From a virus (taxonomy: Duplodnaviria > Caudoviricetes): DNA of 64,000 bases. The notes under the pieces are model-generated. The model was not told the origin of the DNA and ran no database searches. It saw nothing but the letters and a program-made list of their open reading frames with translations. The stretch is taken from positions 1,546 to 65,545 of IMG/VR virus record IMGVR_UViG_2731957839_000001; one strand, given 5' to 3'. A program made the translations under genes and the position numbers. Positions 37,304-46,243 of the stretch are shown here, piece by piece; within the stretch, counting starts at the first letter, position 1, and every line of letters begins with the position of its first letter.

Positions 37304-37465
37304 ATGAAGACCGCCCTGTTCACCCTGTTCATCCACTACTGCGTCAACCAGCAGTGCGAAACAAAGCCGCTCAGCAATGCCTGGGAAACGATCGAAGAAT
37401 GCCAGGCGCAGATCCCGATCTACTACGCCATGGTGCCCGGCGATTACCTGATGGAGTGCAAGTAA
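37304..37465 (+). CDS. Small Cys-containing hypothetical protein
   Basis: MKTALFTLFIHYCVNQQC...; TAATG overlap with the next gene. Confidence 0.5.
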   Translation: MKTALFTLFIHYCVNQQCETKPLSNAWETIEECQAQIPIYYAMVPGDYLMECK

Positions 37466-37932
37466 TGCAGACCCTGAAACCCGAGCTGCTGGCCATCGTC
37501 GACACCATGTCGGCCCACCTCGCCCAGCAACGCGCCCGTGCCTACGCCGATGGCTGCAAGTACCGCGACAACGACGGCCGCATGTGCGCCGTGGGTTGTC
37601 TGATCCCCGACGAGCTCTACGCCCGAGAGATCGAGGGCGGCATCACCACCATGTTCCACAGCGTCGACATGGAGTACGCCTCCACTCACCGCCCCCCGGT
37701 GGTATCCCATCTGTGCAGCCTTGCGCCGTCCCTTGAAAGGAACTCGCTGAAGCTTTTCCTCGACCGTACGCAGATTTTTCACGACGAAGATCACGGCATC
37801 GATAAGAACAGTTACGTCGGCATCCTCAACGCTGCGCCACCCGACATCAGCAACGATGACCTCGCCGCTGTGATCAAGACCGAGTTGGTCCGCCGCCTGA
37901 GCACCAGTCCACTCGACACGTGGCTGGAATAA
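37465..37932 (+). CDS. Hypothetical protein (CxYR...CAVGCLIPD family)
   Basis: CKYRDNDGRMCAVGCLIPDELY...QIFHD motif. Confidence 0.7.
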   Translation: MQTLKPELLAIVDTMSAHLAQQRARAYADGCKYRDNDGRMCAVGCLIPDELYAREIEGGITTMFHSVDMEYASTHRPPVVSHLCSLAPSLERNSLKLFLDRTQIFHDEDHGIDKNSYVGILNAAPPDISNDDLAAVIKTELVRRLSTSPLDTWLE

Positions 37933-37949
37933 CACGCATTGCAATTATT
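37929..37949. promoter_or_regulatory. Palindromic operator-like site 9
   Basis: ATAACACGCATTGCAATTATT at a gene boundary. Confidence 0.65.
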
Positions 37950-37972
37950 TCCACCCACAAGGAACGCGCACC

Positions 37973-38395
37973 ATGGCCACTGAAACAACTGAAATCGCCC
38001 TCGACAAACGCCCGATGAAAGTCGTGTTGGTCACCTTCGACAACCCGGAGAAATCCTACAACTACTGGGCGCCGGCTGACGCCAGGACCGGCGACTACGC
38101 AGTGGTCCCATCGGTGTCGCAGATCATCCAGAACCGCAACATGCCGTTCACCATCGGCCAGATCGTCCAGGACGAGGTGATCGACACCAGCAAAGCGACC
38201 AAGGCAATCCTCGGCACCTTCAACGAGGACTTCTCCAAGCATGTGCAGGCTCGCATCGAGCACATGCAGCGGGTCAAGGCCAAGCTCGCGGTGAAGAAAA
38301 AGCAGTACGAAGACGCCGCCTTCTACGAGCTGCTCGCCAAGACCGACCCGGAAGCCGCGGCGCTGCTCGACGAGCTCAAGAGCTTCAACCTGTAA
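37973..38395 (+). CDS. Hypothetical protein
   Basis: AAGGA RBS; KSYNY...GDYAVV; C-terminal LAKTDPEAAALLDEL. Confidence 0.75.
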   Translation: MATETTEIALDKRPMKVVLVTFDNPEKSYNYWAPADARTGDYAVVPSVSQIIQNRNMPFTIGQIVQDEVIDTSKATKAILGTFNEDFSKHVQARIEHMQRVKAKLAVKKKQYEDAAFYELLAKTDPEAAALLDELKSFNL

Positions 38396-38432
38396 CACCC
38401 CCCAACCGCTGCACTTAACTGAGTACATCGCT

Positions 38433-38783
38433 ATGTCTAAAGCTCAAGTCAATCCGCTCCAGGCCATCGTCAACGCTGCCGCTGTCAAGGTCGCCGAAGC
38501 GCAGTACCGTTTGGCCAACCTGTTCACGCCCTACTCCTTCGACCCGGAGCGCGTGGATTTCGACCGCGTCGGCGCTTTCCTCGGCAACGTCAACGCTGCG
38601 TTCCCACAGCCAAGCGAAGCGGTGAAATTGTCCCTCGATCGCACCGCCGCGACGCTGGTGGAACAGCAGGCGATCCTCGCTGCGTTCAAGGCCCAGGGCA
38701 CCGAGCCGACGCTGAGCGCCGACGAGTTGTTCGACGCCGCCCGCAACAGCATCGCTGGCAACCGCCTGCAACGCGCTGCCTGA
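38433..38783 (+). CDS. Hypothetical protein
   Basis: Phage codon bias; 116 aa. Confidence 0.65.
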   Translation: MSKAQVNPLQAIVNAAAVKVAEAQYRLANLFTPYSFDPERVDFDRVGAFLGNVNAAFPQPSEAVKLSLDRTAATLVEQQAILAAFKAQGTEPTLSADELFDAARNSIAGNRLQRAA

Positions 38784-38798
38784 CGGTTGAACCACGCC

Positions 38799-38827
38799 CG
38801 CAGTTACACGCACTGCGTGTAACTGCG
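38799..38827. promoter_or_regulatory. Operator-like site 10: perfect 29-bp palindrome
   Basis: CGCAGTTACACGCA-C-TGCGTGTAACTGCG just before the AAGGAG RBS of 38847. Confidence 0.8.
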
Positions 38828-38846
38828 CCTTTCAAGGAGAAGACCG

Positions 38847-40820
38847 ATGCACCAAGTAACCGAAACCACGATCCAGGATTTGATTGACCGCGGTGTGGCC
38901 TTCGCCCACACCGCTTATGAGGTGGCACGCAAGTTCACCAAGTTCAACTACATCGACCTTGATACTCCGATCGGCGACGACCACCAACGCAACCGAGTCG
39001 ACCCGCTGTATCCGGTAGCCATCACGCTGTACAACCGCACCGCAGGTGGCACCATCATGTCGCTAGTCGACAAGGACGGTAATCCAGCGAAGGCCAGCAC
39101 TCACGTCGAAGCGCCTTACAACTACTCGACCTACAGCGACTACCTCATCCTGCGCGTGCCGCTGTTCATGCTGACCTTCGCCGGCGGAGTCAGGGATCTG
39201 ATGTCACTGATCGAAGACCCGGCGAACGGCAACCAGACGTGTTCGTACACCCGCGCCGCGATAAACGAGCTGCCAGGTATGCCCGAAACCATGCGCGACT
39301 TTAGCGACTGCTCCTGGTTCCAGAGCACGGCACAGAGCGCCACCGCGGGCGACCACCTCATCCCAGAACTGCGCATCACGCCCGGGGCCTTTCATTGCTT
39401 TGCGCACGCCCACCCATACCCGGAATATTTCCGCGCTGATCGCCCTTTGTGGCAGGTACGTGAAGAAGCGCGCATCCGCTATAGCGCCTACGACCAGCTG
39501 CCAGCCCCGGTACTGGATGCACTCGACCCGGAAAAGATCCAGCACTTGTATCCGCACCTGCCGACCAAACCGGGCAACGCGGGGCTGATCGCCTACACCC
39601 AGAACGCCACCGCCGGGGTCATGGATCGTCAGGCGGTGATGCGTGCCGGCCGCTTCATTCGCCAGTTCGCCAAAGAAGGCACCAGCGACGAAGCCGTCAA
39701 GCAACTGACCGCACACGCCGCCTCGCACCTGGGCAGTCAGTACAAGCACAGCTGCGAACGCGAGGACTACAAGCGCGTGTACATCAGTGGCCCGAGCAGT
39801 TGCATGTCCTACGACGAAACCGGCAAGAGCTTCGGCAAATTGATGGTCAATGGCGAATTCGTGCACCCGACCGAGGTGTACGCGCACCCAGAGAACGACC
39901 TGGAACTGGTGTGGATGGAGGTCAACGAGAACATCGTGGCCCGCACCATCGTTAACAAAGAGCGCATGCAGTATCCGCGTATCTACGCCAAGGAAAGTGT
40001 GGCGAATGCCTTGAACCGGTTGCAGAACTATCTCGAAGACCTCGGTTACGCCCAGCACGACAGCGCCTTGGTCGATCAGAAACTGCTGAAGATCTCGCCC
40101 GACCGTTACCCGCACGCGATCCTCTGCCCGTACATCGATAGCGGCAACCTCGGCGTCTACGTTCGGGACGATCACCTGCTCACCGGCGGCTGCGAGAACG
40201 CCGACCACGAATCCGGGTGCCTGATCGACTACAACACTAGCCGCAGTAGCGACTGGTGCTGCGAGTGCTGCGACACCGATTACGACGATGACGATGGCTA
40301 CGAGATCAACGACTGCGGCGATCGCATCTGCCAGTCATGCGCCGACAACGATCACACCCGCGCTTACTGCACCAACCAGCAGGAAGAGCGCTACGTCCAC
40401 GAAGACGAAACTGTCTACGAGCTGGTGAGCGTCAACCGCGGCACGCTGCGCTACTACAGCCACATCTTCTTCAACAGCGACTTCCGCGACATGGGCCACT
40501 ACGGCCTGGTGGAGCTCGACACCAGTTACTACGACAGCAACTGCGTGGCGCTGATCGATGACTGCACACGCACCGAAGACGGCAATTGGTTGCTGACCAA
40601 CGACCTCGCCGATCACGACCTGTTCTTCAACCACGAAACCGACGAAGCCTGCCAGATCAACGACTACGCCGTGTGCGTCGACGCTGACGGCAACGACGAG
40701 TTGGTTGAGGTCAGCGACATCGACGAGGAGCTGTTTGAGTGCGCCCCGACTGAACTCGACAGCACCTACCCGATGCTCCGCGTCTACACCGCGATCATCC
40801 AGGGCGAAGAAGCCGCATAA
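38847..40820 (+). CDS. Large hypothetical protein with SCMS motif and Cys/Asp-rich zinc-ribbon-like C-terminus
   Basis: IAYTQ...DRQ, GPSSCMS, VARTIV, PRIY, PYID; CCECCD...ICQSC. Confidence 0.8.
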   Translation: MHQVTETTIQDLIDRGVAFAHTAYEVARKFTKFNYIDLDTPIGDDHQRNRVDPLYPVAITLYNRTAGGTIMSLVDKDGNPAKASTHVEAPYNYSTYSDYLILRVPLFMLTFAGGVRDLMSLIEDPANGNQTCSYTRAAINELPGMPETMRDFSDCSWFQSTAQSATAGDHLIPELRITPGAFHCFAHAHPYPEYFRADRPLWQVREEARIRYSAYDQLPAPVLDALDPEKIQHLYPHLPTKPGNAGLIAYTQNATAGVMDRQAVMRAGRFIRQFAKEGTSDEAVKQLTAHAASHLGSQYKHSCEREDYKRVYISGPSSCMSYDETGKSFGKLMVNGEFVHPTEVYAHPENDLELVWMEVNENIVARTIVNKERMQYPRIYAKESVANALNRLQNYLEDLGYAQHDSALVDQKLLKISPDRYPHAILCPYIDSGNLGVYVRDDHLLTGGCENADHESGCLIDYNTSRSSDWCCECCDTDYDDDDGYEINDCGDRICQSCADNDHTRAYCTNQQEERYVHEDETVYELVSVNRGTLRYYSHIFFNSDFRDMGHYGLVELDTSYYDSNCVALIDDCTRTEDGNWLLTNDLADHDLFFNHETDEACQINDYAVCVDADGNDELVEVSDIDEELFECAPTELDSTYPMLRVYTAIIQGEEAA

Positions 40821-40855
40821 GCGGCTTCATCCCTCCCCCCCAAGGAATTCACGAA

Positions 40856-41932
40856 ATGAGTAAGCAAACCGTGACCAATATTCGTCCGTCGCACAAAGTC
40901 GTTCCGCCATCCCACGCCGCCTTCGCCGACACTGCCGTGGGCACTCCGATCGCTGTCGAAGTGCTGTATGACATCGTCCGTCGTCCGCGCTTCGCCGACT
41001 CCGAAGGCGAGGCCTACGTCATCGACACCTACATCCAGGGTTTGCCCGGGATGCAGAAGGACTCCTTCGGCAACTTCTGGCTGCGCATCCAGCAGGCCGA
41101 CGGCTCCAACCCGACCACCCTGTTCAGCGCGCACACCGACACGGTGCACAAGGCCAAGGCCACCGGCACCTACGCCCTGACCGTCGACGAGCAAATCCTC
41201 AGCGTCAAGGCCGGCGGTGTACTGGGTGCCGACGACGGTACCGGGATCTGGATTCTGCTCAACCTGATCGAAGCCAAGGTACCCGGCCTGTACATCTTCC
41301 ACCGTGAAGAAGAGATCGGTGGCAATGGCTCGACCTTCATCGCCAAGAACTTCGCCGACGAGCTCGAAACGTACAACCGCGCCATCGCCTTTGACCGCAA
41401 GGGCACCCGCGACATCATCACCCACCAAGGTGGCGAGCGTTGCTGCTCGGATGCCTTCGCCGACGCCTTCGCCGACCAATTGAACATGACCGAGGGCTTC
41501 GTATTTACCGGCGACGACAGCGGCTCGTTCACCGACACCAAGAACTACACGCTGCTGATCCCCGAATGCACCAACCTCGCCGTGGGTTACTACGACCAGC
41601 ACACGATGTTCGAGTGCCAGGACATGTCGTTTGTCACCCGGCTGGTCAACCGCCTGATCGCCGTCGATTGGGAAGCGCTGCCGACCGAACGCGACAAGAC
41701 CGTCGTCGAGGACATGTGGGCCGACTGGAACAACCGCTGGGGCAACTACGGCAACTACAGCACCACCAGCCGGAAAATGGAAAAGAGCGCCGAGGCCGAC
41801 GACCTCGAAGCCATGAGCGACCTGATCCTCGATTACTCGATGGAGATCGCCCTCGCGTGGCGGGACCGCGGCTTTGACGCGCACAGCCTCGAAGAACTGA
41901 TCATCGGCTACATGTCGGACGAGGAGCGCTAA
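40856..41932 (+). CDS. Zn-dependent peptidase (M20/M28 clan)
   Basis: SAHTDTVH, LGADDGTG, REEEIG, AFDRKG, YYDQHT metal-ligand motifs. Confidence 0.88.
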   Translation: MSKQTVTNIRPSHKVVPPSHAAFADTAVGTPIAVEVLYDIVRRPRFADSEGEAYVIDTYIQGLPGMQKDSFGNFWLRIQQADGSNPTTLFSAHTDTVHKAKATGTYALTVDEQILSVKAGGVLGADDGTGIWILLNLIEAKVPGLYIFHREEEIGGNGSTFIAKNFADELETYNRAIAFDRKGTRDIITHQGGERCCSDAFADAFADQLNMTEGFVFTGDDSGSFTDTKNYTLLIPECTNLAVGYYDQHTMFECQDMSFVTRLVNRLIAVDWEALPTERDKTVVEDMWADWNNRWGNYGNYSTTSRKMEKSAEADDLEAMSDLILDYSMEIALAWRDRGFDAHSLEELIIGYMSDEER

Positions 41933-42291
41933 TGTCCTTCCCGCCCAAAACCCAGCACATCCTCTCGACCTTCATCCAGGTCCACAAGGCCGGCAAAGCC
42001 GTGCGCGTGCCAATCGAAAAGGTCTCGCACTTCGTATCCGAGGACAAGTACATCACCGCCTACACCGACCAAGGCGAGCTGCTGCTGGTCACCTCGCTGC
42101 GCAAACTGGAAGCGATCTACGGCACCAAGGTCGCCCTGCTGCACCGCAAGCTGCTGGTGTTTCGCGATCGCATCGCCAAGGTCGAGCGGCCCCCACGCCA
42201 CTCAGGCGGCTACGCGATCCTGAGCGACGGCCGAGAAGTGGCGACCAGCTTCCGCGGTGCGCACGCCTACCTCAACTCGCTGGCCGGGTAA
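41932..42291 (+). CDS. Stand-alone LytTR-like DNA-binding protein
   Basis: IEKVSHFVSEDKY...SLRKLE...LHRKLLV. Confidence 0.75.
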   Translation: MSFPPKTQHILSTFIQVHKAGKAVRVPIEKVSHFVSEDKYITAYTDQGELLLVTSLRKLEAIYGTKVALLHRKLLVFRDRIAKVERPPRHSGGYAILSDGREVATSFRGAHAYLNSLAG

Positions 42292-42297
42292 GTCGTC

Positions 42298-42795
42298 ATG
42301 GCCCGAGCCTACAAACGCGACCAGATCGAGACCCGTTGGGGCATGCCGTTCTGGGACCTGGTGCGCGACTTCGCCGAACAGGACCTGAGCCGTCACGACA
42401 CCGCGCGAGCGCTCGGCTACAACCGCGACTACTTCTACCTGCTCCTGGCCAAGCACCCGGAGAACGACCCGTTCCCACGCTACGGCTTGGTACCGGATTA
42501 CACCCTGGACACCGGTGAGGGTTTTCGCGAAGCCCTGCAACGGATGATCGCCGACGGCATGCACGTCAGTCTGATCGCCACCACGATGGGCTTCGGTCGC
42601 ACTGATCGCCTGCGCTACGCCATGGCCGTGCGCGGCATCAAGCTGGTGTTCCCGCTCCCGACGCTCAAAGCCCGCAAGAAACGAGACCGCACCAACCAGA
42701 AACGCAAACCACGACCACCACGCATTGGCCCGCGCAAGGTGAAGCGCCCCGGCGCCAACCATCCGTGGCGCTGCTCCCAAAAACAGGACAAGTAA
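42298..42795 (+). CDS. HTH-like basic protein
   Basis: LSRHDTARALGY; Arg/Lys-rich tail ending ANHPWR. Confidence 0.6.
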   Translation: MARAYKRDQIETRWGMPFWDLVRDFAEQDLSRHDTARALGYNRDYFYLLLAKHPENDPFPRYGLVPDYTLDTGEGFREALQRMIADGMHVSLIATTMGFGRTDRLRYAMAVRGIKLVFPLPTLKARKKRDRTNQKRKPRPPRIGPRKVKRPGANHPWRCSQKQDK

Positions 42796-42797
42796 AT

Positions 42798-43238
42798 ATG
42801 AACACCGTACTCATTCAAGGCGGCCGCACCTTGGACCTCGAACGCCTCGTCGACCTGTACCAGCGCCAAGGTCGCTCGGCAGAGAACATCGCCAGGGAGA
42901 TAGGCCACAGTCCCAACACGGTGCGCCGCCATCTGCGCGCGGCTGGCGTCGAGCTCGGCCCACAAGGCCAGCACCGGCTGATCACCGACGAATACGTGTC
43001 GCTCACCTTGAAGATGCGCGCCGAAGGCACGAACTGGGAGGACATCGCCGAGAAGATCGGTTTCTCAACCCGGGCACTGCAACGCGCGGTCGCCAAGTAC
43101 GCCCTGAGCGCCTCGATGGCCCGCGAAACGGCGCTGCAAGCCCGACTGAACAGCGCGGATCAGGAGATCGATGACCTGCGCCAACGCATCGACAAACTTT
43201 CGGTGGCGCCCGTAATGTCCCATTCGGGACGTCAGTGA
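42798..43238 (+). CDS. Tandem HTH protein
   Basis: SAENIAREIGHSPNTVRRHL and NWEDIAEKIGFSTRALQR. Confidence 0.75.
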   Translation: MNTVLIQGGRTLDLERLVDLYQRQGRSAENIAREIGHSPNTVRRHLRAAGVELGPQGQHRLITDEYVSLTLKMRAEGTNWEDIAEKIGFSTRALQRAVAKYALSASMARETALQARLNSADQEIDDLRQRIDKLSVAPVMSHSGRQ

Positions 43239-43323
43239 CAGGGGAAGCAGTGATAGCACTGAGCCATAGCATCCCATTATCCAACCATGTACCTTACGTT
43301 TTCCTCTATAACCCGAACGTTTT

Positions 43324-43977
43324 ATGAACATCATTACGCGCGAGCTCACACAGCAAGACCTACAGCCTGTAATCAAATTAGCCGTGGCCAACCACATCGA
43401 CCTCACTTCGTACGCGGTAAGAAGAGACGGTCCGATCAGCGGTTTGAGTAAAGGCACGCTTGAGATCGAGGTTCGCACATACCTCCAGCAAGTCCTTTCG
43501 GCAAAACCAATGCTGCCAGTGGAAGTTGTCTTGGCAAAGGACCCAGAGGGCGCCGTCATCGGTTTCATGCTGGTGATCCGGGCAGCGAATGGTGCCTGCG
43601 GACTGAGCTATGGGGCGGTTGCCCAGAGTCACAGGCAACAGGGTGTATTACGATTGATGCTCGACGACATCAAATCGAGGCACCAATCAATCGTGCTTAC
43701 ATGCCATCTAGGCACCGTCCACATCTACGAGCGCTTGGGTTTTAAAGTATCTGGCCAAAAAGATGCTCAAGTAGAAATGAGCTGGGGTCCCTATGATCCT
43801 CTCACGCCGATGAACCATCTTGGTTTCGAAAGTCACGTGGAATTTCAAGCTCTTCATGCCGCTTTCAAAAGGACACATGGAACCAAGGCTATCAGCATTC
43901 GTCGCGCTGCTAACGCTTTTCAAGCCGCCCGTGTACGAGAAGTGGCGGCTTTCGTGGCCCAAAAGCTGCAAAACTGA
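43324..43977 (+). CDS. GNAT acetyltransferase (moron)
   Basis: AVAQSHRQQGV motif A, IYERLGF motif B; AT-richer than flanks. Confidence 0.8.
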   Translation: MNIITRELTQQDLQPVIKLAVANHIDLTSYAVRRDGPISGLSKGTLEIEVRTYLQQVLSAKPMLPVEVVLAKDPEGAVIGFMLVIRAANGACGLSYGAVAQSHRQQGVLRLMLDDIKSRHQSIVLTCHLGTVHIYERLGFKVSGQKDAQVEMSWGPYDPLTPMNHLGFESHVEFQALHAAFKRTHGTKAISIRRAANAFQAARVREVAAFVAQKLQN

Positions 43978-44077
43978 TGTTGATTGTCGCTGGGAACGGT
44001 AGTCCAGCGCCCATGCCCTAGACACTACGACGACTAAATAGTAGCGTTGAGTAAAACTTTTAAGTGCTGAGACGAAT

Positions 44078-45196
44078 ATGGATGACGAAAGTTTAATCGA
44101 AAGGCTGCTCTACAGCGGCGAAGGCGTAACTCTAGACTATAAAGTTCAACAGTATCCTCATGACGGCGCAAGTAACGACGACAAATCTGAATTACTCAAA
44201 GACATTCTTGCTTTTTCGAACGCGTGGCGAGACGAAACAGCCTATATTCTAATCGGCGTAAGTAACGACACCCAAGATTTAGTCGAACTGGACAAGGATC
44301 TTGATGACTCTCGCCTACAACAATTTATTAACGGAAAGACCAACGTACCTGTTCACTTTTCCTACCGCTCGCTTACATACCTGGGAGTGAAACTGGGGCT
44401 ATATACTATCCCAGTTCAGGATCGACCAATCTATGCGAAGCAACAGTATGGCAAAGTTTCACCTGACGTCGTATATGTCCGTCGCGGCTCAGCTACCGCT
44501 ATTGCCAAACCTGACGAAATTGCTAGGATGGGAGCAGCAGTTCGAGAAAAAACATTTGCTCCAAAACTGCAAGTACAACTTGTTGAGCTAGATGAAAACG
44601 CCACTCCAGTCACGTCAATCGATGTTGCGTACAAAAATTATCAGCTAGAGAGCTATCCGGAGTACATAGACCGAAAATCTAATACATTCGGTATACCGGC
44701 ACTTACCCAAGCCAACTCCAGTTATTTTCGAGAACTCGCAAAATATACGAAATTTAAAAACAGCACTTTTGCATTCAGATTCGAGATATCTAACTTAGGT
44801 GATCACTTTGCTGATGACGTGCGAATTCAAATCAGCGCACCATCTTCGCCTGGATTCGAATTTCTTACCGAAACTCAACTTCCATCAAAGCCCAATAAAA
44901 CAATCGATTTATTTGGGCATATTCATCGCAAAATACAAAAATTAAGTAATATTGAAATCACCTCAGAACGAAATACCGTTGCCGCAACCTTTCCAGTGGG
45001 CAAGATTCAGTCGGGTGAAACGTTATATACTGAAGTCGCTTACTTCACCCAGCCGTCCGAAAGACTGCAATCCTTCAAAATCAGGGTATTCTCAGATCAA
45101 CTCAGAGGCCCAATAGAATTTGAGATTCCAACTCGATTCAAGGTGGAATCTACATCTTTGCCCATCGGCGTATTGCAAATGATTTCACACCACTGA
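44078..45196 (+). CDS. Schlafen/AlbA_2 domain protein with C-terminal Ig-like domain (moron)
   Basis: GEGVTLDYK...KDILAFSNA...YILIGV...YVRRGSAT; C-terminal FEISNLG...DDVRI...GKIQSGE; markedly AT-rich. Confidence 0.82.
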   Translation: MDDESLIERLLYSGEGVTLDYKVQQYPHDGASNDDKSELLKDILAFSNAWRDETAYILIGVSNDTQDLVELDKDLDDSRLQQFINGKTNVPVHFSYRSLTYLGVKLGLYTIPVQDRPIYAKQQYGKVSPDVVYVRRGSATAIAKPDEIARMGAAVREKTFAPKLQVQLVELDENATPVTSIDVAYKNYQLESYPEYIDRKSNTFGIPALTQANSSYFRELAKYTKFKNSTFAFRFEISNLGDHFADDVRIQISAPSSPGFEFLTETQLPSKPNKTIDLFGHIHRKIQKLSNIEITSERNTVAATFPVGKIQSGETLYTEVAYFTQPSERLQSFKIRVFSDQLRGPIEFEIPTRFKVESTSLPIGVLQMISHH

Positions 45197-45265
45197 CTTT
45201 CAGATGCACGCCGACTTACTCGTGGGTCGGCGACTGATGCCTATTACCTTATCATACCGCTTCCA

Positions 45266-45286
45266 AATAAACGCATTGCGTGTATC
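45266..45286. promoter_or_regulatory. Palindromic operator-like site 11
   Basis: AATAAACGCATTGCGTGTATC, overlapping TATCAT -10-like hexamer. Confidence 0.75.
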
Positions 45287-45312
45287 ATGCAGACCATTGA
45301 GGGACCATCGAC

Positions 45313-45729
45313 ATGAAAGCACCTGTGAAGCACTACACCATCCAACCCGGGCAGTCGGTGCACAGCACGTACTGCTCAACCCTGATTGTTGACAGTCAGG
45401 AAGGCCCTATCACACATCCCGGAAGCTTTTCTGTCCGTGGGGACAACTTAAAAGTGCACCTTTTCCATGGCCGCTCGTCGATTGGCGAGGACATGGAAGA
45501 CTGGGGTTTTGACGGCCCCACCTTCAACTGCTTGAGCGTCGCTCACGACCCTGATCTGGTCCTCTTGCAAAGTGCCTGCGGCCCCAGCCTAGAGCTTGCG
45601 AAGCGTATGGGGCTGTCCATCCACGACGACACAATCAGTATTCCCTACACCGAGGATTTGTTGTCGATCCCACGCTTCCGAGACGATAACCCTGCATTTT
45701 TTGGGGATTTTTCGATCAACGGCATCTAG
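45313..45729 (+). CDS. Hypothetical protein
   Basis: LHLFHGR...MEDWGFDGP-type motif; followed by hairpin 45733-45753. Confidence 0.65.
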   Translation: MKAPVKHYTIQPGQSVHSTYCSTLIVDSQEGPITHPGSFSVRGDNLKVHLFHGRSSIGEDMEDWGFDGPTFNCLSVAHDPDLVLLQSACGPSLELAKRMGLSIHDDTISIPYTEDLLSIPRFRDDNPAFFGDFSINGI

Positions 45730-45846
45730 CCCTATGCCCGGCTTTCGGGCATAAGCCCCGCGATTGTCTACACGCTGTGAAAAAATTGTTAATTGACCAT
45801 CCCATAAAATCGAAGCTCGCATGATGCGTATCAAAAAGGAAGTCGA

Positions 45847-46035
45847 ATGAACGTTGTACCAGCCCGCTTAGTTCTGTCCCGTAAAGCCGGTGAGACCATC
45901 CACATTGGTGACAACATCATCATTGATGTTCGTGTCGACCCGGACCGCCCGAAGTTCATCAAGGTGGGCATCACCGCCCCCCGCGAAGTGAAGATTCTCC
46001 GGTCGGAGCTTATTGCCGATGGCGAAAGCGCATAA
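45847..46035 (+). CDS. csrA: CsrA/RsmA-family RNA-binding protein (phage copy)
   Basis: LVLSRKAGETIHIGDNI...KVGITAPREVKILRSEL. Confidence 0.85.
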   Translation: MNVVPARLVLSRKAGETIHIGDNIIIDVRVDPDRPKFIKVGITAPREVKILRSELIADGESA

Positions 46036-46243
46036 GAAACGCATCTACGACCTTACCGACGTCCTGTTGGTTATGAGCCTGGCGGCTCGGATACACCAAT
46101 CCAACGCCGCCGTGCGCAAATCCGCAATCTCGATGTACCCCAACGCCAATCAACGCGCCCGGATCGCTTTGGTCCTGGTGCGTGATTCGCAACACCCGAT
46201 AAACGTGCTCGACCTATTTCTCAAGGAACTCACAGATGAGTAA
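46019..46243 (+). CDS. Hypothetical protein
   Basis: GGAG RBS; overlaps neighbours. Confidence 0.55.
   Translation: MAKAHKKRIYDLTDVLLVMSLAARIHQSNAAVRKSAISMYPNANQRARIALVLVRDSQHPINVLDLFLKELTDE

Noticed and set aside
45818-45828. CGCA-TGA-TGCG upstream of the csrA-like gene
   Set aside because: 3-nt spacer instead of 1; not counted as a network site
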